DNA of 64,000 nt from Vulcanimicrobiota bacterium (GTDB taxonomy: Bacteria; Vulcanimicrobiota; Vulcanimicrobiia; Vulcanimicrobiales; Vulcanimicrobiaceae). Under the pieces are notes generated by a model. The model saw nothing but the letters and a program-made list of their open reading frames with translations. It did not search any database and had not been told where the DNA came from. The stretch covers positions 275,094 to 339,093 of the forward strand of contig CAWHWQ010000002.1 of assembly GCA_963833095.1 (NCBI GenBank), written 5' to 3'. Each line of letters starts with the position of its first letter. Position 1 is the first letter of the stretch. Positions 1 to 9,426 of the stretch are shown here, one piece after another. Made by a program: the position numbers and the translations under genes.

Positions 1-651
1 CCCGACGCCCCACACCGTGGTGATCACGTCGCCGGCACCGGCTTTTTTCAGTTTGCGTCGTAGCTGGCTGACGTAGACATCCACGATATTGCTCGACCCT
101 TCGAACTCATAATCCCAGATGCGCTCGAGCAAGTCCGCGCGGGTAAACGCAATTCCCGCGTTGCGAGCAAGAAACTCCAACAGGCGAAACTCGGTAGCAC
201 CCAGATCAATCGCTCGTCCGTCGAAAGCGACGCTTCGCGCCGACACGTCGACCACCAGAGGCCCCGCAGTGACGCGATCGATAATCGGCCGCGGCGCGCG
301 CCGCGCGATTGCGCGCAAGCGTGCAACGAGCTCCTCCTCGGCAAACGGTTTTACGAGATAGTCGTCGGCCCCGCAGTCCAAACCGGTGACGCGATCTTCG
401 ATACCATCGCGTGCGGTCAACATCAAGATCGGCGTGGTGATACTGAGCGCGCGAGCCCGGCGCGCAATCTCGAAGCCATCGCGATGAGGGAGGCCAACGT
501 CGAGGATCGCCGCGTCGTAGGCGTCGCGCAAGAGAAAATCGAGGCCCGCATCGCCGTCGGTGGCAATGTCTACCGCGTACTTGCGCCGTTCGAGCATCGC
601 ACGCACCGCGTTTGCAACCGGCAGACTGTCCTCGACGACAAGGATGCGCAT
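1..651 (-). CDS. OmpR/PhoB-family response regulator (3' end runs off the window)
   Basis: Not in the ORF track. Manual translation from ATG at 651 gives MRILVVEDSLPVANAVRAML...AAILDVGLPHRDGF...GADDYLVKPF...ITTVWGVG, i.e. a REC plus winged-helix domain. Confidence 0.92.
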   Translation of the reverse strand, partial: MRILVVEDSLPVANAVRAMLERRKYAVDIATDGDAGLDFLLRDAYDAAILDVGLPHRDGFEIARRARALSITTPILMLTARDGIEDRVTGLDCGADDYLVKPFAEEELVARLRAIARRAPRPIIDRVTAGPLVVDVSARSVAFDGRAIDLGATEFRLLEFLARNAGIAFTRADLLERIWDYEFEGSSNIVDVYVSQLRRKLKKAGAGDVITTVWGVG

Positions 652-655
652 AGAT

Positions 656-1777
656 TCAGAGATTCGGCGGCCAGGGAAAAGCTACTGTTAGCGCTCCCCC
701 AAAGCTGCCCGTGCCCCCGATCGTCTGCACTTGCTGGAACAGTATGCGCGCATGCTTGAACAGCATGAACGCGCCATAGTATGTGACGTCCCGCGTAATG
801 ATGGGATTCTGGTAGGCATCGTACCGCACGGCGAGATACGCGTGATCGCCGTCACCGACATAGTATTTCGCGCGCAAATAGCCGCCCGAGCTCCCGACAA
901 GCGTACCGAAGCCGTCGGCATCGAAGTCACGCCCAAACCACTGCTCGCCCTGGAGTTGAAGCTGGCCGGCCGCAAACGATGTCCAAAAGCCGCCACGGGT
1001 GTATCCATCGTCGAAGGGCGCCTTGCCGTTGAGTACGATCCGGCGCGTGCCTTCAAGACCCTCCACGCCGAAGACGAACGGCCCGCTGAGGACATGCGCG
1101 AAGAGCCCAACTTCGGGTGTTTGCGCGGACGTCGTTTCCCCGGTTGGAACCGGAGCGCCGCCGTACGCTGCGCCTTTGAACTCTCCCGTGTCCAAAACCG
1201 CATCGACGACGGCGTTTCCGATTGTGCGCTCCACCTGCGCTCCGTAGCGTGGTGAAGACAGTGGCAAATCGTTGAGGCCTACGTGCGCGCCGTAGTAGCC
1301 GTATTGCTGCAAATCGTCTAAGCGTTGCCCCGGCGACTGTGACAGCGGGAGTTCGAAAAGGCCGGCGCGATAGAGCGTCTGCGTATGTCCGTTGTACGTC
1401 GCAAGATAGCCCAAATACAGGCCTGCGGGACCGCCCTGCGCGCCCAAATTGTAGTGCACGAACGCACTGATCTTGCCGAAATCGAAGTTGCTGAGCACGA
1501 TGCCGCCCGGGGTGTAGCGCGGGCCGTTCACCGGATCGACTTGATATTGCAGCTGGTAGCGAATCGCTATTCCGGTCGTTCCGTGGCGCGGCAGCGGCAG
1601 TTGATAGCCGTGCTCGCGAAAGGAGCGACCGAACGCATTGAGTTCGGGGATGACCGTGTGGCATTGTTCGCATTGGAACTGATAGCGCTGCGCATAGAGC
1701 GGGATCGCGGACGCAGGTTCGGCGCACGCGAAACCCGCGCACATCGCTACGATCGCGATGAGCAGTTTACTTGGCAA
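656..1777 (-). CDS. Cyc2-like monoheme cytochrome c-porin fusion (outer-membrane protein)
   Basis: Signal peptide, then AIPLYAQRYQFQCEQCHTVIPELNAFGRSFREHGY (AxP..CxxCH..PxL..FGRxF..GY). The rest is Gly/Tyr-rich with an alternating beta-strand pattern. Confidence 0.7.
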   Translation of the reverse strand: MPSKLLIAIVAMCAGFACAEPASAIPLYAQRYQFQCEQCHTVIPELNAFGRSFREHGYQLPLPRHGTTGIAIRYQLQYQVDPVNGPRYTPGGIVLSNFDFGKISAFVHYNLGAQGGPAGLYLGYLATYNGHTQTLYRAGLFELPLSQSPGQRLDDLQQYGYYGAHVGLNDLPLSSPRYGAQVERTIGNAVVDAVLDTGEFKGAAYGGAPVPTGETTSAQTPEVGLFAHVLSGPFVFGVEGLEGTRRIVLNGKAPFDDGYTRGGFWTSFAAGQLQLQGEQWFGRDFDADGFGTLVGSSGGYLRAKYYVGDGDHAYLAVRYDAYQNPIITRDVTYYGAFMLFKHARILFQQVQTIGGTGSFGGALTVAFPWPPNL

Positions 1778-2222
1778 CGATCACCCCTCGCATGCCGCCG
1801 CTGTAGTGAAAGAAGCAGCCGAAGAAATACGTGCCGGGCGCATCGGCGATGAAGACGCCCGAGGATTGTCCGGCTTGGAGCGTTCCCGCTCCCCAGCTGC
1901 CCGAGATATCCGCGGTGCTACTGGGCTGTAAGGCCGTCGACGAGAACGGCGATTGCGCCGGGAAGGTGGTCGCGCCCGGAATCGCCGTGACGGTGTGCGA
2001 GGTGTTGTCGACGTTGACGAAGCGCACGCCCGATCCAACCGGGATCGTGGCGACTTCGGGCGAGAAACCAAGGCCAGTCCCGCCCGGCGTTGTCTGCGCG
2101 CCGAATGCCGCGATGCTAACGTCGACCGTCGTAATGCTTGTCGCACCCGAACCGCCGCTTGCACCGGTAAGCTCGCCACCCGCAGTACATCCGCTTAGTA
2201 GCAGCAGCGCTAGCCACCTCAT
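1767..2222 (-). CDS. Cupredoxin (plastocyanin/azurin-like type-1 copper) lipoprotein
   Basis: Lipobox LLSGC; copper ligands NTSHTV and YFFGCFFHYSGGM (C-x2-H-x4-M). Confidence 0.85.
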   Translation of the reverse strand: MRWLALLLLSGCTAGGELTGASGGSGATSITTVDVSIAAFGAQTTPGGTGLGFSPEVATIPVGSGVRFVNVDNTSHTVTAIPGATTFPAQSPFSSTALQPSSTADISGSWGAGTLQAGQSSGVFIADAPGTYFFGCFFHYSGGMRGVIVAK

Positions 2223-2725
2223 GAATGTTGTCTCGGCAACATGGTGCCGGCCACTCGGCCGTCGCTGCCGAGCACCGTGATGAAGGTGGTGTGCGCTTCC
2301 GCGTACCCATCTTTATCGCGCGCTACTCCGACCCCGAACTCGTGCATCAACTGATGCACCGATACGACATCACCGCCGGCGATGAGCCAATACGAAGGGT
2401 CGGCATCGAACGTGTGGGCAATGCGCACGAGATCGGCGTGCGTATCGCGTTCGGGGTCCAGCGTAATCGTCAAAAAGCGCAGATTGCCGTGCTCGCTTTT
2501 CTGGCGCTTCGCTGCAGCGGCAACCTGAGATTCGATAAGTGGACATACACCGTCGCAGTGCGCTGAAATGAACGTGACGATGAGCGGGCGCCCGCGTAGG
2601 TCATCGAGGGTGAAGTGTCGCCCGAGTTGATCGATCAGCTCCGGTGAGCGCTGAGCATGCTGTCCGCCGCGCGCCGCGGCGACCGCAACGATCAGTGCCG
2701 CGGCGGCGGCGAACATGCTGCGCAT
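2219..2725 (-). CDS. SCO1/SenC-family copper chaperone
   Basis: LIDQLGRHFTL..LRGRPLIVTF, CDGVC (CxxxC), ITLDPERDT and a distal His (EAHTT). Start reassigned to ATG 2725, just after the upstream stop. Confidence 0.88.
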   Translation of the reverse strand: MRSMFAAAAALIVAVAAARGGQHAQRSPELIDQLGRHFTLDDLRGRPLIVTFISAHCDGVCPLIESQVAAAAKRQKSEHGNLRFLTITLDPERDTHADLVRIAHTFDADPSYWLIAGGDVVSVHQLMHEFGVGVARDKDGYAEAHTTFITVLGSDGRVAGTMLPRQHS

Positions 2726-2726
2726 G

Positions 2727-3299
2727 TTAGCGCGGATTCCGGCTATGGATGTACGTGATGGGCGGCGCCGTCGGGCCGGATGTGGCGGCCGCAGGGAGCG
2801 CTGTGCTCCATGTCCCGCCGAAGCTCGTGATGCCGTTTCCGTTGTCCTGTCCCGAAGCAGAGTCGCCGCTGTACTCATAGAGTGGTGCGCCGCTATTGGC
2901 CCATTGCAGCGTTCCGTCGCCGCGCGTGATGATGGTAAACGACGTTCCCGCTGGGACAGTGGTTCCGGCAGGTGCCGCGTACGGCGGCCACACGCCGGTG
3001 CACCCATTTGACGCTGTGCAATTCGAGACGCCGCTTGTATCGGCGCCGAACACGTAGAGTGTGTGTCCGTTCTGGCCTACGAGAACCATCGTGCTACCGA
3101 CCGTCGCCGTTTGGGGCATGCTCGGCGGGTTGGTCGCTGCGGTCGTCGGGGCCGTGGTTGGCGACGTAGTCGGTGCCGTGGTCGGCGCAGTCGTCGCGGG
3201 TGTTCCCGTAAACGGCGTACCGCTGCTGCTTCCGCCACCACCGCAGGCTGCAAGCGTCGCGACAAGCGCGAATCCTGCGAATAAAGCTGCGCGTTGCAT
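2727..3299 (-). CDS. Secreted lipoprotein with Y-x4-D repeats (COG4315-like)
   Basis: Lipobox LAAC, Thr/Pro linker, GHTLYVFGAD...CTGVWPP...GAPLYEYSGD. GGAGG RBS upstream of ATG 3299. Confidence 0.8.
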   Translation of the reverse strand: MQRAALFAGFALVATLAACGGGGSSSGTPFTGTPATTAPTTAPTTSPTTAPTTAATNPPSMPQTATVGSTMVLVGQNGHTLYVFGADTSGVSNCTASNGCTGVWPPYAAPAGTTVPAGTSFTIITRGDGTLQWANSGAPLYEYSGDSASGQDNGNGITSFGGTWSTALPAAATSGPTAPPITYIHSRNPR

Positions 3300-3380
3300 A
3301 TTAAAAAGAGCCTCCAATGAAGTGTTGAGGCTCGCAGCGTACCGGTCAGTTCTGAAGAAAGTGTAAAGTCGTTTTACGGA

Positions 3381-4193
3381 TTACGGCGCGGCGATCGCGT
3401 TGCGCATTTCAATCGCTAGACCATGAAGCGCGGGATCGTCGCTTGCATCGGCGGCAGCGCGGTCGAAGCACGAGCGAGCAGCCGGGCGATCCCCCTGATG
3501 GAGTAACACCGTACCAAGTGCAAACCGCGCTCGCGCGTAGTTTGGGGCGAGCGCCAGTGCCGCTTGAAATTCGCGCAGCGCGTCGGCGTAGGCGCCGGCG
3601 CGTACCTCGGTGAGGCCGAGATCGTAGTGCGCGACTGCATACTGAGGATCGTTTTGCAAGAGCTTGGAAAAATCGTCACGCGCCGCGCCGAGGTCACCGC
3701 TTTGCAGCGCGACCAGGCCGCGCGCATAGAGCGCGCGTGCCGAGTCGGGCGCAAGCGCAACGAAACGATTGGCCACCGTACGAGCAGCGGCCAGATCGCC
3801 GCGGCTCACGTCGACGGCGATCAAGTTCGCCATAGCAGCAAGAAAGCCGGGATCGAGCGCAATCGCTCGCTCGAACGAACGAGCCGCATCGCCGTACGCA
3901 GCACTCTGTGCCTGCGCTATTCCTAAATCGTATGCCGCGGTCGAACCTTGCGGTTCGCGCGGACCCAGCGCCAGGATGCGCGTAAACTCCGCGCTTGCAT
4001 CGTTCCACCGATGCGCGTCGAGCGCAGCAAGGCCCAGATGAAAGCGTTCGATGATTTCACGCTGCACCGCTTGCGCGTGCATCGTTGCGGGCGAGGTACT
4101 GCGGGGCAGCGGCGATGCACCGTACGTTTGCGCAACGGCCGGGCTCGCAACGAACGCAAACGCGGCCGCGATTATAAACCAACGCGGACGCAT
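3381..4193 (-). CDS. Secreted tetratricopeptide-repeat protein
   Basis: Signal peptide and several TPR consensus repeats (AYDLG..A..F.RAIALDP; AHYDLG). Confidence 0.85.
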   Translation of the reverse strand: MRPRWFIIAAAFAFVASPAVAQTYGASPLPRSTSPATMHAQAVQREIIERFHLGLAALDAHRWNDASAEFTRILALGPREPQGSTAAYDLGIAQAQSAAYGDAARSFERAIALDPGFLAAMANLIAVDVSRGDLAAARTVANRFVALAPDSARALYARGLVALQSGDLGAARDDFSKLLQNDPQYAVAHYDLGLTEVRAGAYADALREFQAALALAPNYARARFALGTVLLHQGDRPAARSCFDRAAADASDDPALHGLAIEMRNAIAAP

Positions 4194-4199
4194 TGGAAT

Positions 4200-4451
4200 C
4201 TAGCGCCGTAACCCGAGTGGAAGTTCCGCGCTCATCGCGTTCTTCGATGCGGCGGCTTGTTCGGGACGGCACAACCATCCGACGCGGCCGTCTTCGTTGA
4301 TCGCACCGAGCAGAGGAGCCTGTGATGAAGGCACGAGCATGTCCGAACTTGCCGTTAGAACACCCGCCTCGACATAGGCGTAGCGCAGGCTTACTGCCGC
4401 GAGGAGCAGTAGACCCGCCAGGGCCAATCGAGCAACGAGGCGGCTGAACAT
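4200..4451 (-). CDS. Small membrane/secreted hypothetical protein
   Basis: 83 aa ORF with a hydrophobic N-terminus; TATACT lies 7 nt upstream of the ATG. Confidence 0.55.
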   Translation of the reverse strand: MFSRLVARLALAGLLLLAAVSLRYAYVEAGVLTASSDMLVPSSQAPLLGAINEDGRVGWLCRPEQAAASKNAMSAELPLGLRR

Positions 4452-4484
4452 CAGGATCAGTATAGACCAAAACCTGAGGAATCG

Positions 4485-6242
4485 ATGAAGCGCTCGTGTC
4501 TCGCATGGGCTACTAAGAGTGTGCTCTGCGCATTTTTGCTACCGCTCCTGGGCGCCGCACCGGCGCCGCTGGTCGTCGGGAGCGTGCGCGACCAAGAAGG
4601 CGCCCCCATTGCTGGAGCACGGGTGCGGTTGGTCGGTTCGCCGGCATCGGGCGTCCAAACCGCTGCCGACGGCACCTTCGCGATCGAAGGAGGCGGGAAC
4701 GCGGTGCAGATCCGCTGCGATTACTGCCGCCCGACCCAGGCTCCGGTTGCAGCTGACGGCACAGTTACCGCCGTGGTGCAGCGCTACGACGCAGTTCGCT
4801 TGGAGGGGCCTAGTCCAAGCGATGTGCGCAGTCTGCCCTACACCCATGCAGAATCGGACGTCGCGTTAACGCCGTTCGTCGTGCTCGAGGAGAGTACGAA
4901 CCCGCTCCTCGGCGCCTCGCTGCGCGACCGCAGCGTCACCACTATCGGCGGATTGCTCGTGCTCGACGGTGTGCCGGATTACAACAGCGCGGTCGGGCTC
5001 TCGACGTTTTCGACGATTTCGTATGACAGCGCCGCGAACGTCGAGGTCGAACGCGCACCTCAGGGATACGAGTACGGCGACATCGCGAATTCGGGAACGT
5101 TTTCGATCGACACGATCGGAGGCACCACGTCGTTCGCCGGGGGATCGAACACGATTGCTACGCTGGATGCAAACGGCCTAGGAGCCGGCTATTCTTCGGC
5201 TCCGCTTGACACGCGCAGTCGCATCGCCGCGCAAATTTCGGTTCCGGTGACGAATGCGTCGGCGCAAATTGCCCTCGCCAGCGGATCGGGCAACGTCAGC
5301 GGCGGTAACGACAATCCACTGCAAAGCGCGTTCTCATCGCTTCACCTCTCCTACGAGCGCACGGCCGGGACCGACCTGTACGCCAGCTTTATCGCCGACC
5401 GCGGCACCGATGCGTACACCTCTCCACACTACGGGTTGGATGACGCGTGGTCCGACGTTGACGCGCGGGTCGGCGTGCGCTCGCACGCTGTTGTTGCGCC
5501 CTTTGCAGAGATCGACGCACGCGAAAGCAGCGGCTGGTATTGGTCGCCGGCGCAAACACCCTATGTTGCAGGCGTCATCGATCAGCTGCGCGCCTACGCC
5601 GGCGTCAGCGCGAACCTGCCGTGGTATTCCGCGACGGTCGCGTACGGCGCCGACGCAATCCACTTCACCAATCGCTACCCCGGTGGAGCCAGTAGCGCGC
5701 TAGCCGGGCACGACGCGTCGGCATCGATCGACGTGCATCCAAGCCCCGTCTGGGATCTGGCCGCAAGCACGAGTTCGGGATACGTGCTCCAAACCGTCGT
5801 CGGCTACTACGAGGCCAGCGACAACGACTATCCGCCCTCAAACCTGGTCAGTACCGACGAACTCGATCTCACGTTCCACGACTTGGCGCGTCTGCGCATC
5901 GGCTTGACGACCTTCGGCACGCGCAGCACCTCAGGCGTCAACGATGCCAGCACCGGTGCACAGCTCGCCTGGCAAATCGCGCCGACCGTGAGTCTGCGCA
6001 CGTGGTGGCTCGACGTGAATACGCATACCGCAGGTTCTGCGAGCGTCGGTTCGGCGTGGTTGACGGCCGTCAGCGGTGTCGTGCGCATCGATGTGATCTG
6101 GCGGCGCGATTTGCTCGATCTTGCCGGTGATGCACATCTCGATGGATCGATTAGCGGTCCAATCGGCGTCCGCACGCATTGGTTTGCACAAACCGAACAA
6201 TTTGCACACACGCGCGTAACAGACGTAGGTATTCGCCTTTAG
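4485..6242 (+). CDS. Outer-membrane protein with carboxypeptidase-regulatory-like N-domain and TonB-dependent-receptor-like plug/barrel
   Basis: GSVRDQEGAPIAGARV...TAADGTF N-domain, plug-like LLVLDGVP...VEVERAP, and a beta-strand C-terminus (DVGIRL). Confidence 0.6.
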   Translation: MKRSCLAWATKSVLCAFLLPLLGAAPAPLVVGSVRDQEGAPIAGARVRLVGSPASGVQTAADGTFAIEGGGNAVQIRCDYCRPTQAPVAADGTVTAVVQRYDAVRLEGPSPSDVRSLPYTHAESDVALTPFVVLEESTNPLLGASLRDRSVTTIGGLLVLDGVPDYNSAVGLSTFSTISYDSAANVEVERAPQGYEYGDIANSGTFSIDTIGGTTSFAGGSNTIATLDANGLGAGYSSAPLDTRSRIAAQISVPVTNASAQIALASGSGNVSGGNDNPLQSAFSSLHLSYERTAGTDLYASFIADRGTDAYTSPHYGLDDAWSDVDARVGVRSHAVVAPFAEIDARESSGWYWSPAQTPYVAGVIDQLRAYAGVSANLPWYSATVAYGADAIHFTNRYPGGASSALAGHDASASIDVHPSPVWDLAASTSSGYVLQTVVGYYEASDNDYPPSNLVSTDELDLTFHDLARLRIGLTTFGTRSTSGVNDASTGAQLAWQIAPTVSLRTWWLDVNTHTAGSASVGSAWLTAVSGVVRIDVIWRRDLLDLAGDAHLDGSISGPIGVRTHWFAQTEQFAHTRVTDVGIRL

Positions 6243-6275
6243 ACTTTCTTCATTCTTTCCGCAGATCGTGGAAGC

Positions 6276-6671
6276 ATGAAGCAACTTGCACTTACTCTCA
6301 CGCTCCTTGCCGCGTTCGCAGTCCCCGCGGTGAGTCAAGAGCCTTCCACAATAAATATACCCATGCATGCGCTCAACGGGAGCGGCGAAGACGGTATGGC
6401 AACCGTCACTCAGGGAACCGGCGGAATCAACGTCGTCGTCAATCTATCGGATGCATCTGATGTGTCGCAACCAACGCATATTCACATCGGGACGTGCGGC
6501 GCGATCAACAAATCGCCGGAATACGCGCTACGCGACACGGTCGGCGGCAAAGGCGATTCGTTCGTGGCAGGCGTCAACCTCAGCGACCTGCTCAAAGGGC
6601 ACTACGCGATCAACGTGCACAAGAGCGGCACGGATCTTGGCACCTACGTCTCGTGCGGAAATATCCGCTAA
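6276..6671 (+). CDS. Secreted Cu/Zn-SOD-like/CHRD-like metal-binding protein
   Basis: Signal peptide; QPTHIHIGTC, YAINVHKS and YVSCGNI motifs. Confidence 0.6.
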   Translation: MKQLALTLTLLAAFAVPAVSQEPSTINIPMHALNGSGEDGMATVTQGTGGINVVVNLSDASDVSQPTHIHIGTCGAINKSPEYALRDTVGGKGDSFVAGVNLSDLLKGHYAINVHKSGTDLGTYVSCGNIR

Positions 6672-6675
6672 GAGA

Positions 6676-7218
6676 TCACTGCTTGTTTTCGAGCGTCTTG
6701 AGTGCCGCGATCGTGTTGGCTACGTGCTCGCTTGGATCCAGCGACGTGTAGCTATACACGATTGTGCCGTTCTGCGCGATCACGTACGACGTCCGATTGG
6801 CGTACTGCGGCTTCACCGCGAGAATCGAATCGTACGCCTTTTCAACTGCCTGATCGGTGTCCGCAGCGACGGCAAACGCGCTCCGGCATTCGCTGACCGA
6901 GAACTTCTGCAACGTGTCGAGCGCATCGTGCGAGACGCCGATCACCGTCGCATTCAAAGCTTTATATTGATCGATCGCGTCGGCAAAGTCGTGCGCTTCG
7001 ATCGTGCAGCCCTTGGTGAAGGCCGCGGGATAGAAGTACAACACGACCGGCCCTTTTTTGAGCGCGTCGGCGAGATTAAACGTAAAGACATTGCCCCCGA
7101 GCGTCGCTTGTAGCGTGAAATCGGGCGCCTTGGTGCCGTTGGAAAGCGCGGCAAGCGCGGGAGCGCTCATGCAGACGGCAGCAAGCAAACCCGCGAGGAG
7201 GGATCGATAAAACATCAT
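6676..7218 (-). CDS. bcp: Exported peroxiredoxin (BCP/PrxQ type)
   Basis: APDFTL, VVLYFYPAAFTKGCTIEA (PxxxTxxC), GVSHD and NRTSYVI motifs; N-terminal signal peptide. Confidence 0.88.
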   Translation of the reverse strand: MMFYRSLLAGLLAAVCMSAPALAALSNGTKAPDFTLQATLGGNVFTFNLADALKKGPVVLYFYPAAFTKGCTIEAHDFADAIDQYKALNATVIGVSHDALDTLQKFSVSECRSAFAVAADTDQAVEKAYDSILAVKPQYANRTSYVIAQNGTIVYSYTSLDPSEHVANTIAALKTLENKQ

Positions 7219-7270
7219 ACACCCATTGCGCCCGACATGGGTTTTTGCAAGTGCGGAGAACCGTCGGGCC

Positions 7271-8020
7271 ATGTCTGAATGGATTCCCTACGAGACCGGC
7301 GATGCCCCTTCGCTCGAGGTTTCGATCGACGTCGACTTCGACGGTGATGATGACTTTAAGAAATCGCACCCGTTCCTGATACGAGTCAGCATCACGCACT
7401 TCGCCGTCGACGACGGTGGACAACCGACCGAGGCTGCCGCCGAAGAGCTCTTCGACCTCGAACAGCGCCTGGAATCCGCCTGCGAAGAAAATGATGCCGA
7501 GTCCGTCTGCACGATCAGCGGCTCGGGCAAATACGAGATCTTTATCTATGCCGCCGGCATGGAAGCGGCCGCTTCCCTGAAGGAGGACGCGGCGACCGCA
7601 TCATTCTCTATCGACGTCACCGTCGATCGCGACGACGCATGGAAAGCCTACGACCGCTATATTCTGCGCGGCGAGGAGCTCGAGGACGCGCGCGACGCCG
7701 ATCAAATCGCACAAATGGACGAGGCAGGCGAGGATCTCACGCAAGAATTCGACGTCACGTTCGATTGCGAAGTTTCCGAAAAATCGGAAAGTGCGGCGAA
7801 ACGCGCCTTGAATGACGCCGGCTTTGAGACACCGGCTGACGTCTACGACGGCGTCATTCCGGCGACACGCACGATGCTCGTGACCGTTGAGAATCTCAAA
7901 ACGGCGCGCACGCAAGTCCTGCGCGCGATTGCGCCGTTTGACGGGACCTACGACGGTTGGGGCATCGACCCCGATGAACCTGAAGACGACGAAGACGACG
8001 ACGAAGTCGAAGAAGAGTAA
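7271..8020 (+). CDS. Acidic DUF695/RraB-like domain protein
   Basis: GQPTEAAAEELFDLEQRL...ISGSGKYEIFIY...DDAWKAY (DUF695-like), C-terminal FDGTYDGWG (RraB-like) and an acidic tail. Confidence 0.6.
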   Translation: MSEWIPYETGDAPSLEVSIDVDFDGDDDFKKSHPFLIRVSITHFAVDDGGQPTEAAAEELFDLEQRLESACEENDAESVCTISGSGKYEIFIYAAGMEAAASLKEDAATASFSIDVTVDRDDAWKAYDRYILRGEELEDARDADQIAQMDEAGEDLTQEFDVTFDCEVSEKSESAAKRALNDAGFETPADVYDGVIPATRTMLVTVENLKTARTQVLRAIAPFDGTYDGWGIDPDEPEDDEDDDEVEEE

Positions 8021-8024
8021 CCGT

Positions 8025-8225
8025 TTGTCATCCCGAGCGTAGTGATCCTGAGCGAGCGAAGCGAGTCGAAGGGGAACGTAGTCGAGGGACACACGCGACC
8101 CCCCAGCTCCAAGCATGAACAGCATACAAACGTCCTATCGCGTGCGTGCCCAAGAAGTTTCTCGTCGGTCCCTCGACTTCGCGGCTGAACGCAGAGCGTT
8201 CACCCCGCTACGCTCGGGATGACAA
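8025..8225. repeat. Inverted pair of REP-like palindromic repeats between convergent genes
   Basis: 8025-8089 reads TTGTCATCCCGAGCGTA...GTAGTCGAGGGA; 8169-8225 is a reverse-complement copy with a different internal hairpin. Confidence 0.9.
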
Positions 8226-8230
8226 GGCGC

Positions 8231-9379
8231 CTACAAACCCATCATGCGGGCAAGCACCATGCGCTGCACTTCGTTGGTGCCTTCGCCGATTTCGTTGATC
8301 TTCTGATCGCGGTACATGCGCGAGACCGGATACTCGTCCATAAATCCGTAACCGCCGTGGATCTGGAGCGCCTCGTTGACGACACGGTGCGACACCTCGC
8401 CGGAATAGAGCTTCGCTAGACTCGCAGTTTGTTCGAACTCGCGGCCTTCATCTTTTTCCCATGCGGCTTTGAGGACCATGAGCTTGGCGTGCTCGATTTC
8501 AGTCAGCATGTCGACCAGCTTGAAAGCAATCGCCTGGAACTTGCTGATCGGTTTACCGAAGGCGACGCGATCTTGCGCGTATTGGAGCGCCTCGTCGTAT
8601 GCACCCATGGCTAGACCAACCGAGAGCGCCGCGACCGAGATCCGGCCGCCGTCGAGAATCTTGAGAAACTGGGCGAAGCCTTCGCCTCGCTCGCCCAGCA
8701 GGTTGCCCTCGGGCACCTTGGCGTCCACAAAGCTCAGCTCGCGCGTGTCCGACGCGCGCCAGCCCATCTTCTTATACTTCTTGCTGCGGGTGAAGCCGGG
8801 GGTGTCTTGGGGCATGATGAGGTTCGAGATCTCGGGTTTCCCATCGGGCCGCGTGCCGGTGACCGCGGTGATTGTCGTACCGCCGGTGATCGTAGTTCCC
8901 GAATTGGTGATGAAGGCTTTGGTGCCGTTCACGATCCAGCCGCCATCCCGTAGCGTCGCCTTGGTCTGGACGTTGCCGGCGTCGCTGCCCGCGTTGGGCT
9001 CGGTCAGGCCGAAGCCCCAGAGCATTTTTCCCTGTGCGAGCGGCACGAGGTAGCGCTGCTTCTGCTCTTCGGTCCCAAAAAGGTAGAACGGCGAGGCGCC
9101 CAGCGAGATGTGCGCGGCCATCGTGATCGCGGTCGATGCGTCGATGCGCGCGATCTCCATCACCGCGAGCGCGTAGCTCACCGTGTCTGCGCCTGCGCCA
9201 CCGTACGCTTCGGGAAACGGCAAGCCCATGAACCCGAGTTCGGCCATCTGCGCGACCAGCTCGTACGGGAAGGCTTCGTCCCGATCCATCTCCTCGGCAC
9301 GCGGTCGCACCTCGTTTCGCGCAAAATCGCGCGCGAGGCGTTGGATTGCCTTCTGATCGTCGGTCAGGTCGAAATTCAT
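8231..9379 (-). CDS. Acyl-CoA dehydrogenase
   Basis: FGLTEPNAGSD, NGTKAFITN, R.AFGKPISKFQ, QIHGGYGF and IGEGTNEVQR motifs. Confidence 0.96.
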   Translation of the reverse strand: MNFDLTDDQKAIQRLARDFARNEVRPRAEEMDRDEAFPYELVAQMAELGFMGLPFPEAYGGAGADTVSYALAVMEIARIDASTAITMAAHISLGASPFYLFGTEEQKQRYLVPLAQGKMLWGFGLTEPNAGSDAGNVQTKATLRDGGWIVNGTKAFITNSGTTITGGTTITAVTGTRPDGKPEISNLIMPQDTPGFTRSKKYKKMGWRASDTRELSFVDAKVPEGNLLGERGEGFAQFLKILDGGRISVAALSVGLAMGAYDEALQYAQDRVAFGKPISKFQAIAFKLVDMLTEIEHAKLMVLKAAWEKDEGREFEQTASLAKLYSGEVSHRVVNEALQIHGGYGFMDEYPVSRMYRDQKINEIGEGTNEVQRMVLARMMGL

Positions 9380-9426
9380 AGCCCGGAGGTATAGCTCGTG
9401 CCTTTAAGAAAAACCCTTTTGCAGCG

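Noticed and set aside
3130..3210. Thr/Pro repeats (TTAP) in the lipoprotein gene
   Set aside because: Ordinary low-complexity linker coding sequence, not a DNA repeat element.
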